From contig JBILMD010000001.1 in the NCBI GenBank assembly GCA_044375675.1, positions 30,377 through 94,376 on the forward strand: DNA of 64,000 bases, given 5' to 3'. Position 1 is the stretch's first letter. Each line of letters starts with the position of its first letter. The notes below the pieces were generated by a model. That model worked only from the letters and a program-made list of their open reading frames with translations, did not search any database and was not told the origin of the DNA. This stretch comes from Alphaproteobacteria bacterium. Lineage in GTDB: Bacteria; Pseudomonadota; Alphaproteobacteria; JAJTHO01; CANGYM01. Shown here in pieces: positions 1 through 9,714 of this stretch. The translations under genes and the position numbers were made by a program.

Positions 1-14
1 CCCTTGGACTTGTT

Positions 15-2009
15 GTGTCTTCGTTTCAGCAAACCCTGCCCCTGACGCAGACAGGGGGTACCGTCACCTTGGCCCCCATGGGGGATCGCTCCCCTTTATC
101 CAAAGACAAGGAAGAGACGCCAAGCGCATCCACAGCCACTCTAACAACCAGCCTTAACGTCCCCCCCCAACAAAACCCATCCCCCGAAAATACACAAAAC
201 AACAATCGTCTTTTCGATGTTCGGGGTTGGAAGCGTGTTTCCAAAGACCAATTTTTTTCAGAAAAACAAACCCTGCAATCCCGCGTGGCCTCTGTTCGTC
301 AGGACGACAAACCCATGGCCAGATTGACCTTGGCCCGTTTTTTGTTTGCCCATGATTTTTATACAGAAAGTTTGGCCCTTTTAACGACCATGCTTGCCGA
401 AGATCCCACGCTGCACGCTTCGGCGCCGGTAAAATCCTTGCGTGGGGCGGCCCTTTTCATGACGCGACGCTATCAAGAGGCCAGACAGTCTTTGTTTGAA
501 AGCAACACCGTGGATCAACCGGAAGGCAGCCTGTGGATGGCCAGCGCCTTTGCGGCAGACGCTCTTTTTGACGATGCAGAGCCGTATTTAAAAACCATCA
601 CAGACATCCCAGAAACGTATACCCCATCCATGACTTTGGCCCTTTTGGAGCCCATGGTTGACGCATGGCTGAAGAAAGGGGATCAAGAGAGCGTCTATTT
701 GTTTCTTAACCGTGCCGATAGCCTAAACTACACCCCCAGCCAGCGTGGGCGGCTGGATTTGCTGAAAGCCCGTCTGCTAAGCGTTTCCCAAAAAGAAAAA
801 GAAGCGCAAACAATGTGGAAAACATTATCTGGGCACCCCGATCATTTCGTGCGCACCCATGCGGATTATGCCCTGTTGGACAGCCAGCACCGCGCAGGCA
901 CCCTCAGTGATGACGATGCCATCGTGGGGCTAGAGCGTCTTCGGTTTGCCTGGCGGGGGGATGCGTTTGAGCGCACATTGTTGAACCGTCTGGTGGCTTT
1001 ATACACCAAAAAAGGGGATTACAGAGACGCTCTGCAAACCTTGCGATACCTAGAAAGGCAATACCCCGACACAGAAGACGGGAAAAAGGCCCGCGCCCAA
1101 ATGCAATCCCTGTTTATCGACCTTTACCTGAAGGACAAAGCCGACAGCATGCCGCCCTTAACGGCTTTGGCCCTTTTGGATGAATTCCGTTTTTTAACGC
1201 CCGATGATGAAACCGGTGATGACATGATCCGGAAACTGGCGGATCGTCTGGTGTCCGTTGATCTGCTGGACAGGGCAGGGGACCTCCTCAATCACCAGGT
1301 CCGAGAGCGTTTGGAGGCCGAAGACAAAAGCCGCGTGGGCATGCGTCTGGCCATGATTCACCTGCTGAACAACCAGCCGGAAAAAGCCATTGAGGCCCTG
1401 AATATCTCAGATTATCTCTATGTTCCCGTGGCCCTGTTTGAAAAACGCGAACGCCTGCGGGCCGAGGCGCAGGCCATGCAAAGCCAGAACGAAGATGCCC
1501 TTGAAACCCTTATCGATGACACATCCGAAGAAGCCAACCAAATCCGAGCCCACATTTACTGGAAAGAGAAAAAATATGATCAGGTTGTTCCGCTTTTGGA
1601 ATCCATGATTCACCTGAAACCCAACACAAAAACAGCCTCTGAGGCAGAAGCCCGCATCATCCTGAATTACGTCACCGCTCTGGTTTTGGCCAAGGACACA
1701 GAAAAACTAGCAGAGGCCTTTTCCCGTTACGGACCTTTGCTGAAAGGGACCCCCTGGGATGAACCTTTTCAGGCCCTAAGCAACCCCAACCTGATCGGGG
1801 ATCCAAAAAATGTTATGGGGGCTTTTAAAGATATCAGCACGCTGGAAACCTTAATTGGGGATTATCGCCAGCAACTCAAAACAGGCAAACTCAGCGATGT
1901 GAGAGAAAATGGGGAGACACCACCCAAAACCCCCGAGGAAACCAAAAACAAACCCCAAGATAAACCATCCGAAAAGCCCGCAGAAAAACCTTCCCCGCCA
2001 TCCCCTTAA
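15..2009 (+). CDS. TPR-like helical repeat protein with Pro/Lys/Glu-rich C-terminal tail (possibly 5'-partial)
   Basis: 664-aa ORF. The frame stays open back to nt 3, so the true start may lie left of the window. The central region is helical-repeat-like. The C-terminal tail is low complexity (PKTPEETKNKPQDKPSEKPAEKPSPPSP). Confidence 0.5.
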   Translation: MSSFQQTLPLTQTGGTVTLAPMGDRSPLSKDKEETPSASTATLTTSLNVPPQQNPSPENTQNNNRLFDVRGWKRVSKDQFFSEKQTLQSRVASVRQDDKPMARLTLARFLFAHDFYTESLALLTTMLAEDPTLHASAPVKSLRGAALFMTRRYQEARQSLFESNTVDQPEGSLWMASAFAADALFDDAEPYLKTITDIPETYTPSMTLALLEPMVDAWLKKGDQESVYLFLNRADSLNYTPSQRGRLDLLKARLLSVSQKEKEAQTMWKTLSGHPDHFVRTHADYALLDSQHRAGTLSDDDAIVGLERLRFAWRGDAFERTLLNRLVALYTKKGDYRDALQTLRYLERQYPDTEDGKKARAQMQSLFIDLYLKDKADSMPPLTALALLDEFRFLTPDDETGDDMIRKLADRLVSVDLLDRAGDLLNHQVRERLEAEDKSRVGMRLAMIHLLNNQPEKAIEALNISDYLYVPVALFEKRERLRAEAQAMQSQNEDALETLIDDTSEEANQIRAHIYWKEKKYDQVVPLLESMIHLKPNTKTASEAEARIILNYVTALVLAKDTEKLAEAFSRYGPLLKGTPWDEPFQALSNPNLIGDPKNVMGAFKDISTLETLIGDYRQQLKTGKLSDVRENGETPPKTPEETKNKPQDKPSEKPAEKPSPPSP

Positions 2010-2134
2010 AATACGTTTCAGAAGGGGGATGGATGTCCGTGCGGCCTTGGGTATGCATCCATTTTTTGTGATTGCCATTTGACCTGAAGTGTGGAAACGT
2101 GAACCACCATAACAACAATTCCAAGGGATTCCGT

Positions 2135-2428
2135 ATGACGACATTTTCCGCCCCTGATGCCTCCAGTGCTAAGCAACTTTTGTCTTTTATCGAGCGCATT
2201 GAAAATTTAGAGGAAGAAAAAAAAGCCATTGCCACAGATATAGCCGCCGTTTACGACGAGGCCGCCAGCACAGGTCTGGATAAAAAAGTGATTCGAAAAT
2301 TGATCTCTTGGCGCAAAAAAACCGAAGAGGAACGCAGCGAAGAAGATCAATTGTTCCAGATTTATCTGGAAGCCATCGAAAGCCTCTCTAACGCCGCCCC
2401 TGCCAACAATGTCGTAAAGATTGCTTAG
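2135..2428 (+). CDS. DUF2312/UPF0335 family protein (GapR-like nucleoid-associated protein)
   Basis: Start trimmed to the internal ATG (MTTFSAPD...). LLSFIERIENLEEEKKAIATDIAAVYDEAASTGLDKKVIRKLISWRKK is the typical alphaproteobacterial DUF2312 signature. Confidence 0.8.
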   Translation: MTTFSAPDASSAKQLLSFIERIENLEEEKKAIATDIAAVYDEAASTGLDKKVIRKLISWRKKTEEERSEEDQLFQIYLEAIESLSNAAPANNVVKIA

Positions 2429-2434
2429 AGCTTT

Positions 2435-3481
2435 ATGCGAATTCTCATGGCCATTGCCGGCGCTCCAAAGGGCGGGGCTGAGAAGCACTTTGAACGCCTC
2501 ACCCGTGCTTTTCACGGCCGTGACGGGGTCACTGTTCAGGTTTTAATGCGGCACAATTATGATCGCTACAAACGCCTCGTTAATTTGGGAATCCCTTTGC
2601 GTCAAGCGCCCTTCGGGGGCATTTTTGATTTCAAAACCAAAAAAATTTTTGCGAAACATATCGATGATTTTAAACCTGATGTGGTCTTTACATGGTTGAA
2701 TCGGGCCACGAAATTTTGTCCCAAAAGCCCCGCCCTGCATGTGGGGCGCCCTGGGGGATATTATGATTTAAAGTATTATCGAAAATGCGATCTGATCATT
2801 GCCATGACAGAGCATCTTCGGACGTTTTATCTGGACAAAGGCTGGCCTGCCGAAAAAATCGTCACCATTCCCAATTTTGCAGACGAACCTGTGACAGGGA
2901 ATCCTTTGCCAAGCACCCTTTCCCTGGATCCCCAAAAAAAAGTGGTTCTGGCTTTGGGTCGTTTTCACCCCAACAAGGGATTTGATGTTTTGCTGCGGGC
3001 CATGATGCAGGTTCCCAATGCCCAACTTTGCCTTTTGGGGGAAGGCGAAGAGAAAAAGACCATTGTCGAGTTAGCGGCCCCCATCGCCAGCCGCGTCCAT
3101 ATTTTGCCTTGGCAGGAAAACATCACACCTTTCATGGAACATGCCGATGTTTTTGTGTGTCCCTCGCGTCATGAACCCTTTGGATCTGTGATTTTAGAGG
3201 CTTGGTCCCATCAAAAGCCCCTGATTGCCTCTGAAAGCGAAGGCCCATCCCAAGTCATTGAACACGAAAAAACAGGCATGTTGGTGCCTGTGGGCAATGA
3301 CGAAGCCCTTGCCTCAGCCATATCCCGCGTTCTTGGGGACGAAAAATTTGCCAAAGACCTCGCCAACAAAGGCCATGAGATGTATAAAAACCATTATCAC
3401 GAAACCGTTGTGGTGCAGCGCTATCTGGATGCCTTTGCCAATGCCCGCCACACCACCCAAAAGGGAAAGGATAGCCAATGA
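2435..3481 (+). CDS. Glycosyltransferase family 4 (GT-B, RfaG/WaaG-like)
   Basis: 348 aa. The C-terminal half carries the GT4 signature EPFGSVILEAWSHQKPLIASESEGPSQVIEHEKTGMLVP. Confidence 0.8.
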   Translation: MRILMAIAGAPKGGAEKHFERLTRAFHGRDGVTVQVLMRHNYDRYKRLVNLGIPLRQAPFGGIFDFKTKKIFAKHIDDFKPDVVFTWLNRATKFCPKSPALHVGRPGGYYDLKYYRKCDLIIAMTEHLRTFYLDKGWPAEKIVTIPNFADEPVTGNPLPSTLSLDPQKKVVLALGRFHPNKGFDVLLRAMMQVPNAQLCLLGEGEEKKTIVELAAPIASRVHILPWQENITPFMEHADVFVCPSRHEPFGSVILEAWSHQKPLIASESEGPSQVIEHEKTGMLVPVGNDEALASAISRVLGDEKFAKDLANKGHEMYKNHYHETVVVQRYLDAFANARHTTQKGKDSQ

Positions 3482-5253
3482 CCCAAACCCTTCCCCACTG
3501 GCGTCTGGAGGATCTTTTCAAAAGTCCTGATGATCCGGCTTTTCTGGGATCTTTGAAAGAAGCCAAAGCCAAAACCGTCACTTTCGTTAACACTTTTGCA
3601 TCCCAAGATTTTTCAAAAGTCAGTGCCGATACTTTGTATCAAGCCATTCAGGATTACGAGGGTCTTTCGACCCTTTTCGGAAAATTAGGCACCTATACCT
3701 TTTTGCTGTTTTCCGAAAACCGTAACGATATGGCCCGCGCCCAACTGTTTCAAAACACGCGTGAGGCTTTGCAAACCCTGGAATCAGACCTGATTTTTTT
3801 CACCTTGGCCCTGTGTGCCCTCAATGAAGCGGATGTTCAAAATTTATATCAAACCCATCAAGGCATCGCGCGTTATCGCCCCTGGTTGGATCAGGTTCGA
3901 ATCTTTAAGCCCCATACCCTGGATGAAACCAGTGAAAAACTGATGCATGATTTGCATATCACCAGTCGCAGCGGCTGGGTGCGTTTGTTTGATCAAATCA
4001 TGGCCGCCTTGCGTTTTTCCTATCGGGGCGAAATGGTGACGGAAACCCAAGTCCTGCATGTGATGAACACATCCACGGATCCCGATGTCAGACGCGATGC
4101 TGCCTTGGCTTTTTCTGCGGGACTGGAAAGCCAAAAAGATACTTTTGCCCTGATCATGAACAACCTTGTGAAGGACAAGGCCACGGAAGATCGCTGGCGC
4201 CAATTTTCCTCTCCGTCATCCTCGCGTCACCTGCAAAACCAAGTGGAGGGGGAGGTTGTGGAAACCTTGGTTCAGTCCGTCCGCGCTGCCTATCCACGGC
4301 TATCCCATCGGTATTACGAACATAAGGCCGCCTGGCTGAATCAAAAAACACTAAACTTTTGGGACCGAAACGCGCCGTTGCCCCAAGTCTCTCAGCCGAC
4401 ATACACTTGGGATCAGGCCAAAGACATTGTTTTGTCTGCTTATCAGGCATTTTCACCCGAAATGGCCGCCATCGGGCGCCGCTTTTTCGATGAGGGCTGG
4501 ATTCATGCGGCGCCCGACGCCGGTAAAGATTCTGGGGCCTACGCTCACCCTTGCGTGCCAGAGGTTCACCCGTATATTCTGATGAATTTTAAGGGATCGC
4601 AGCGGGATGTCATGACGCTGGCGCACGAGCTGGGACATGGCATTCATCAGGTCCTCAGCGCTGACCAAGGATACCTGATGTCCGATACCCCACTGACCAT
4701 CGCAGAAACCGCTTCTGTTTTCGGGGAAATGCTAACCTTTCAGTCCTTGCTGAAAGCCGCAGAAACCCCTGAACAAAAACGCGCCCTAACCGCCGCAAAA
4801 GTTGAAGATATGCTCAACACCGTGGTGCGTCAAATTGCGTTCCATACTTTTGAAACCAAAGTGCACGCGGCTCGCGCTGAGGGGGAATTAAGCAGCGAGG
4901 ACCTCGCCACCCTTTGGATGCAGGTTCAAACAGAAAGTTTGGGCCCCGCCATCACCCTGTCCGATCCCTACAAAATCTACTGGACGTACATTCAGCATTT
5001 TGTCCATTCCCCCTTTTATGTTTACGCCTATGCTTTTGGGGACTGTTTGGTCAATGCGCTGTATGCCACCTATCAAAACCATCCTGAGGGTTTTGCAGAA
5101 AAATACATCGCTTTTCTGAAAAAAGGGGGAACACAGCGTTACGATACCATGTTATCAGACTTCGGATTAGACCCAAAAGATCCCACGTTTTGGCAACAGG
5201 GACTTTCGGTTATTGAGGGGCTGATTCAAAGCCTGACCGATACGACGTCTTAA
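3478..5253 (+). CDS. pepF: M3 family oligoendopeptidase (PepF-like)
   Basis: 591 aa with zinc motif HELGHGIH. Length and layout are typical of oligoendopeptidase F. ATGA overlap with the upstream gene. Confidence 0.85.
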   Translation: MTQTLPHWRLEDLFKSPDDPAFLGSLKEAKAKTVTFVNTFASQDFSKVSADTLYQAIQDYEGLSTLFGKLGTYTFLLFSENRNDMARAQLFQNTREALQTLESDLIFFTLALCALNEADVQNLYQTHQGIARYRPWLDQVRIFKPHTLDETSEKLMHDLHITSRSGWVRLFDQIMAALRFSYRGEMVTETQVLHVMNTSTDPDVRRDAALAFSAGLESQKDTFALIMNNLVKDKATEDRWRQFSSPSSSRHLQNQVEGEVVETLVQSVRAAYPRLSHRYYEHKAAWLNQKTLNFWDRNAPLPQVSQPTYTWDQAKDIVLSAYQAFSPEMAAIGRRFFDEGWIHAAPDAGKDSGAYAHPCVPEVHPYILMNFKGSQRDVMTLAHELGHGIHQVLSADQGYLMSDTPLTIAETASVFGEMLTFQSLLKAAETPEQKRALTAAKVEDMLNTVVRQIAFHTFETKVHAARAEGELSSEDLATLWMQVQTESLGPAITLSDPYKIYWTYIQHFVHSPFYVYAYAFGDCLVNALYATYQNHPEGFAEKYIAFLKKGGTQRYDTMLSDFGLDPKDPTFWQQGLSVIEGLIQSLTDTTS

Positions 5254-5699
5254 GCGGACTCGGAACTCACGATTTTTTGAAAATCGCTAATATCGTGAAA
5301 GTTTTGATAAACCGAGGCAAAGCGCACGTAACCAACGGGATCGCGCTGCTTCAGATCCTTTAAAATCACTTCCCCAATGTGCCTTGATGTGACTTCGGTA
5401 TTGCCCTCTTGCTCAAGGGAGCTGCGGATTTTCAGGCTGATCTGATCCAGATCATCCAGCGTAAAGGGGCGTTTCACCAAAGCCACCATCAAAGCCTTTT
5501 TTATTTTTTCAAGAGCAAAGGGCTCTTTCCTTCCATCCGCTTTCACCACAATCAAATCGTGCATTTCCGGTCTTTCAAATGTTGTAAAACGTCCATCACA
5601 ACGGGGGCAATAACGACGACGGCGAATGGACATATTCTCATCCACCGGACGGGAATCCCTGACCTGCGTTTCCATATATCCACAATAGGGGCACTTCAT
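5250..5699 (-). CDS. nrdR: Transcriptional repressor NrdR
   Basis: Start trimmed to MKCPYCGYMETQVRDSRP. Zinc ribbon CPYC...CPRC followed by an ATP-cone. Confidence 0.9.
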   Translation of the reverse strand: MKCPYCGYMETQVRDSRPVDENMSIRRRRYCPRCDGRFTTFERPEMHDLIVVKADGRKEPFALEKIKKALMVALVKRPFTLDDLDQISLKIRSSLEQEGNTEVTSRHIGEVILKDLKQRDPVGYVRFASVYQNFHDISDFQKIVSSESA

Positions 5700-5863
5700 A
5701 AGTTTACCTAGGTATGTATTCAAGCATTCGGTTCGCCTGCCTGTAAAATGCATTATCACGCTCTGGGGCCAAGGATATACAAAAAAAATAGAATACTGCC
5801 AAGGTTGTTTTAAGGATTGTCTTATACAGTAAAGTAAAGCCGGTATAAAATTCTGGAATTTTT

Positions 5864-7507
5864 ATGAACAATGACCAAAAAGCTAAGTTTGTGGCTTTTG
5901 CTTTCACAAGCGCCGATTTGTTATTAGAGGTCATGCCTGATGATGGCTTGATTGGCTTTAATGCTGGCTTGCCACAAAAAATCACGGGATTTTCCCAAGA
6001 GTTTTTAAAAAATAAATCGCTGTATGATTTTCTGATTGAATCCGAACGGGCCCTTTTAAAGCGTCACATCCAAAAATTGGGACCTTCTGGGCGATTGCCC
6101 CCGAACTTATATCATATTCATCATAAAGAATTCACAAAACCTGTTTTGATCGCTGTTTGCCGGTTACCAGACTATCCTTTTGCTTTCGTGACCATCACAG
6201 GTGTTGAGAGCTTTTTGGGACAAAACGAAGAGGTTCGTCACCATGATCTCGAAACCGGTCTTTTTGGACCCAGAGAGTTTCAAGAAAAGCTAAGACTGTA
6301 TATTGATAACAATCGTGAGATTTTCGATAAAAGCACCATGACCCTAATTGAAGTGGGGGCCTCTTTAACCCATCTTCCTGAGGATCAAGCACAGTTCGTT
6401 ATGGCCCAAATCGGATCGTATATGCGCTCCAACTCTTTGGACGGCGATATGGCGGCCCGATTGGATGAAAGCCGATTTAGCATGGTTCATGATGATCGTT
6501 TGGATCAAAAAGATGTTGTGGAATACATGGAAGATCTGATTAGACTTGTTGACCCCCAAAGCAAATCCATTTCCATCCAGACCAAGAGCATCTCTTGTGA
6601 CAGTCAAAATGCCAGAGCTGAAGAAATATCCCAAACATTCTTGTATTGCTTGAATAAATTTGCTGAAAAAGGCATAACCTCTATTTCCATGAGCACAATA
6701 GGGGAGTCCTTAAACGCAATGATGAGCGAAACGTTAAAACAAGTGTCCGCTTTAAACGAAGTGATCTCGACCAACAGCTACAAAATTGTTTTTCAGCCCA
6801 TTGTCGATATGCGCAATGGAACGACACACCATTACGAAGCCCTCAGTCGTTTTGAAAACCACGAATCACCCTATGAAATGATTGCTTTCGCTGAAGAAAT
6901 TGGAAAAATTCAAGAGCTTGATCTATTCGTCTGTCGCCAAGTGGCAGAACAACTCAGATCCATGGCCAGCACCAACAAACGCCCTACGATTGCGATCAAT
7001 TTATCTGCAAAGTCTTTAGGCAGCACACTTTTTGTGCGTTCCCTGCATCAACTTTTAGAGCCCTATGAAAGCCTCAATAAACAAATCATGTTCGAGCTAA
7101 CCGAATCCGCAACGGTTTCGGATTATAAGCAGATGAATGATGCCATTCAGGGACTGCGGCAAAGAGGACACGCCTTTTGCCTTGATGACGTGGGGGCAGG
7201 AGCCAGTTCATTGCTTTATATACGCAATTTTGAAGTTGATTATGCAAAAATCGATGGATCCTATATTCGCAATATCCAAAACAATCCCAAAAATTTGGCT
7301 TTTGTGAAAACCATCGTCAATCTTTGCCACGATATCGGCATGGATGTCATCGCAGAAATGGTCGAAACGCCAGAGGAAAAGGAAATCCTGCTTGGGTTGG
7401 GCGTGGGATTGGGCCAAGGCTATTTGTTTGGTCGCCCCTCCAGCATCATGAATGATCTGAGCGCCATAAAACTAAATAATACGCGAAAAATTCCATCGAA
7501 TTTTTAG
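5864..7507 (+). CDS. Cyclic-di-GMP phosphodiesterase: sensor domain, degenerate GGDEF and EAL
   Basis: EAL-domain motifs present: EALSRF, ELTES, DDVGAG, KIDGSYI, EMVETPEE, GQGYLFGRP. The central GGDEF-like domain has LDESRF in place of GGDEF. Confidence 0.8.
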   Translation: MNNDQKAKFVAFAFTSADLLLEVMPDDGLIGFNAGLPQKITGFSQEFLKNKSLYDFLIESERALLKRHIQKLGPSGRLPPNLYHIHHKEFTKPVLIAVCRLPDYPFAFVTITGVESFLGQNEEVRHHDLETGLFGPREFQEKLRLYIDNNREIFDKSTMTLIEVGASLTHLPEDQAQFVMAQIGSYMRSNSLDGDMAARLDESRFSMVHDDRLDQKDVVEYMEDLIRLVDPQSKSISIQTKSISCDSQNARAEEISQTFLYCLNKFAEKGITSISMSTIGESLNAMMSETLKQVSALNEVISTNSYKIVFQPIVDMRNGTTHHYEALSRFENHESPYEMIAFAEEIGKIQELDLFVCRQVAEQLRSMASTNKRPTIAINLSAKSLGSTLFVRSLHQLLEPYESLNKQIMFELTESATVSDYKQMNDAIQGLRQRGHAFCLDDVGAGASSLLYIRNFEVDYAKIDGSYIRNIQNNPKNLAFVKTIVNLCHDIGMDVIAEMVETPEEKEILLGLGVGLGQGYLFGRPSSIMNDLSAIKLNNTRKIPSNF

Positions 7508-7587
7508 AAAAGCTTTTTTTGAATCGCTCTTGACGGGATCCAAATTTTTTCTGAAAATTATGTCCCATTGTCAATCCGTCAGGGATC

Positions 7588-8313
7588 ATGAACCGCCTTT
7601 ACCTTCCTTTGAACCTATCCCTTGGCCAAGACTTGGTTTTGCCTGACGCTGCCCATCACTATCTGGCCCACGTCATGCGGGCCCACACAGGCGATTCCAT
7701 AGAGGCCTTTGACGGAAAAACAGGAACATACACCGCCCATATCGCCCGCATCACCCCTAAACAGACCCTGATTCATATCGATGTCTGCACAAAACCCTTG
7801 GACACCATCCACCCCCCCATGACATTGGCCTTTGCCCTTGTTAAAAAACCAGCGCTGGAGAAGATTCTGGAAAAAGCCACCGAACTTGGTGTCACAGCCC
7901 TTCAGCCTTTGCTGACCCAACACACCGTGATGCGTCACTGGAATCAGGAACGCGCCTTGTCTCAGGTCATCGAAGCCGCTGAGCAGACCGAGCGCAACAG
8001 CCTGCCCATCCTTCATCCTGTGGCCTCTCTCGATGATTTTTTAACACGACGGCAGGGGGGCGAAGATACCCTTTTGGTAGGGGATGAACGGGGAACATCC
8101 CCCCGTATTTATGATGTTTTGATGACACTTTCCCCCCGTCCATCCTATACGCTGATGATTGGACCTGAGGGTGGATGGTCCGAGGAAGAGCTTGACAAAA
8201 TCCTGCGCAGCCCTCACTGTCACGGCATGAGCATGGGCAAAAGAATTTTACGCGCCGATACAGCAGCCATCGCAGGTCTGTCCGTGTGCCGCGCTCTTTT
8301 GGGCGATTGGTAA
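7588..8313 (+). CDS. rsmE: 16S rRNA (uracil1498-N3)-methyltransferase RsmE
   Basis: 241 aa. N-terminal PUA-like region and C-terminal SPOUT motifs (LMIGPEGGWSEEE, ILRADTA). Confidence 0.85.
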   Translation: MNRLYLPLNLSLGQDLVLPDAAHHYLAHVMRAHTGDSIEAFDGKTGTYTAHIARITPKQTLIHIDVCTKPLDTIHPPMTLAFALVKKPALEKILEKATELGVTALQPLLTQHTVMRHWNQERALSQVIEAAEQTERNSLPILHPVASLDDFLTRRQGGEDTLLVGDERGTSPRIYDVLMTLSPRPSYTLMIGPEGGWSEEELDKILRSPHCHGMSMGKRILRADTAAIAGLSVCRALLGDW

Positions 8314-8349
8314 AAAGCCTGTGACAGATTAAGCTAAGGAACCCCTATT

Positions 8350-9705
8350 ATGACGGCTATGCCCAGCATCAACACCACCGCCGTGACCGATCCTGATGAT
8401 CTGGTGTCCTATTTGGCCAGCGGGTGCAAATCACCCGAAGCGTGGTCCATTGGCACAGAGCACGAAAAATTCCCCTACCGCAGGGCCACAGGATCCCCCA
8501 TCCCCTACGAAGGTCCCGATGGTATACGGGCTTTGTTGGAAGGCCTAACCCATCGTTTTGGTTGGCAGCCCATTTTTGAGAGTGATCATGTGATTGCTCT
8601 TTCCAAGGACGGCGCGGCCATTTCTTTGGAGCCGGCGGGACAGCTTGAACTGTCTGGGGCCCCCTTAAAAACCCTGCATGAAACCTCTGATGAATTAAAC
8701 CAACACGTTCTGGAAGTTAAAGCCGTCGCTGAGGCATTGGGCGTTGATTTCCTGTGCCTGGGTTTTCATCCCACATGGCGCCGCGAAGATTGCCCGTGGA
8801 TGCCCAAGCAACGGTACAGCATCATGCGGGCCTATATGCCACAGCGGGGGTCTTTGGGATTGGACATGATGCTGCGCACCACAACCATTCAGGTCAATTT
8901 GGATTTTTCCAGCGAAGCCGATATGGTGGCCAAATTTCGCGCTGGACTTTTTTTGCAACCCTTGGCCAACGCCTTGTTTGCCAACTCTGGCCACGGCGAA
9001 GGTCGCATCAATGGATACAGCAGCTATCGCGCCCGCATTTGGCAAGATACGGATCCAGATCGGTGTGGTTTTTTAAAATTTGTTTTTGACGATACCATGG
9101 GGTTTGCCAAATACGTGGAGTATATGCTGCGCGTGCCCATGTATTTTGTCTATCGACAGGGCCGCTATATCGATGTTTCTGGACAACGCTTTGGTGATTT
9201 TATGAAAGGTTCTCTGCCTGGGTTTCTTGGAGAACATCCCACCTTAGCTGATTGGGCAGATCATTTATCCACCGCGTTTCCTGAGGTGCGGTTGAAAAAA
9301 TTTCTGGAAATGCGGGGCGCCGATGGCGGACTGCCTGGGATGATCAAGGCCCTTCCCGCATTTTGGGTGGGATTGCTTTATGATGAAACGGCACTGAAAA
9401 CCGTTTTATCATGGCTCAATGAGGTCTCGCTGGAGGACATCGAGGCCGCCCACAAAAACGGACCCCGTCAGGGTCTGATGACCCAAATGGGACGCCATAC
9501 CTTAAAAGAATGGGGCGAACGTGCCGTTGCCCTGTCGGAAGAGGGACTCAAACGCCGTGCCCGCCTGAACGGCCAACAACACAGCGAAGATGTGTATCTG
9601 TCCCCCCTGTTTGACATTCTGAAACATGGACAATCCACCAGTGAGCGCAATGTGGCCCGTTATGGGGATGATATCGCCAGCCTGATTCAGGATGCCACCC
9701 TTTAA
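8350..9705 (+). CDS. gshA: Glutamate-cysteine ligase, plant/alphaproteobacterial type (GCS2)
   Basis: 451 aa. GTEHEKF, QVNLDF and FPEVRLKKFLEMRGAD are typical of the GSH1/GCS2 family. Confidence 0.85.
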   Translation: MTAMPSINTTAVTDPDDLVSYLASGCKSPEAWSIGTEHEKFPYRRATGSPIPYEGPDGIRALLEGLTHRFGWQPIFESDHVIALSKDGAAISLEPAGQLELSGAPLKTLHETSDELNQHVLEVKAVAEALGVDFLCLGFHPTWRREDCPWMPKQRYSIMRAYMPQRGSLGLDMMLRTTTIQVNLDFSSEADMVAKFRAGLFLQPLANALFANSGHGEGRINGYSSYRARIWQDTDPDRCGFLKFVFDDTMGFAKYVEYMLRVPMYFVYRQGRYIDVSGQRFGDFMKGSLPGFLGEHPTLADWADHLSTAFPEVRLKKFLEMRGADGGLPGMIKALPAFWVGLLYDETALKTVLSWLNEVSLEDIEAAHKNGPRQGLMTQMGRHTLKEWGERAVALSEEGLKRRARLNGQQHSEDVYLSPLFDILKHGQSTSERNVARYGDDIASLIQDATL

Positions 9706-9714
9706 AAACCCCAC

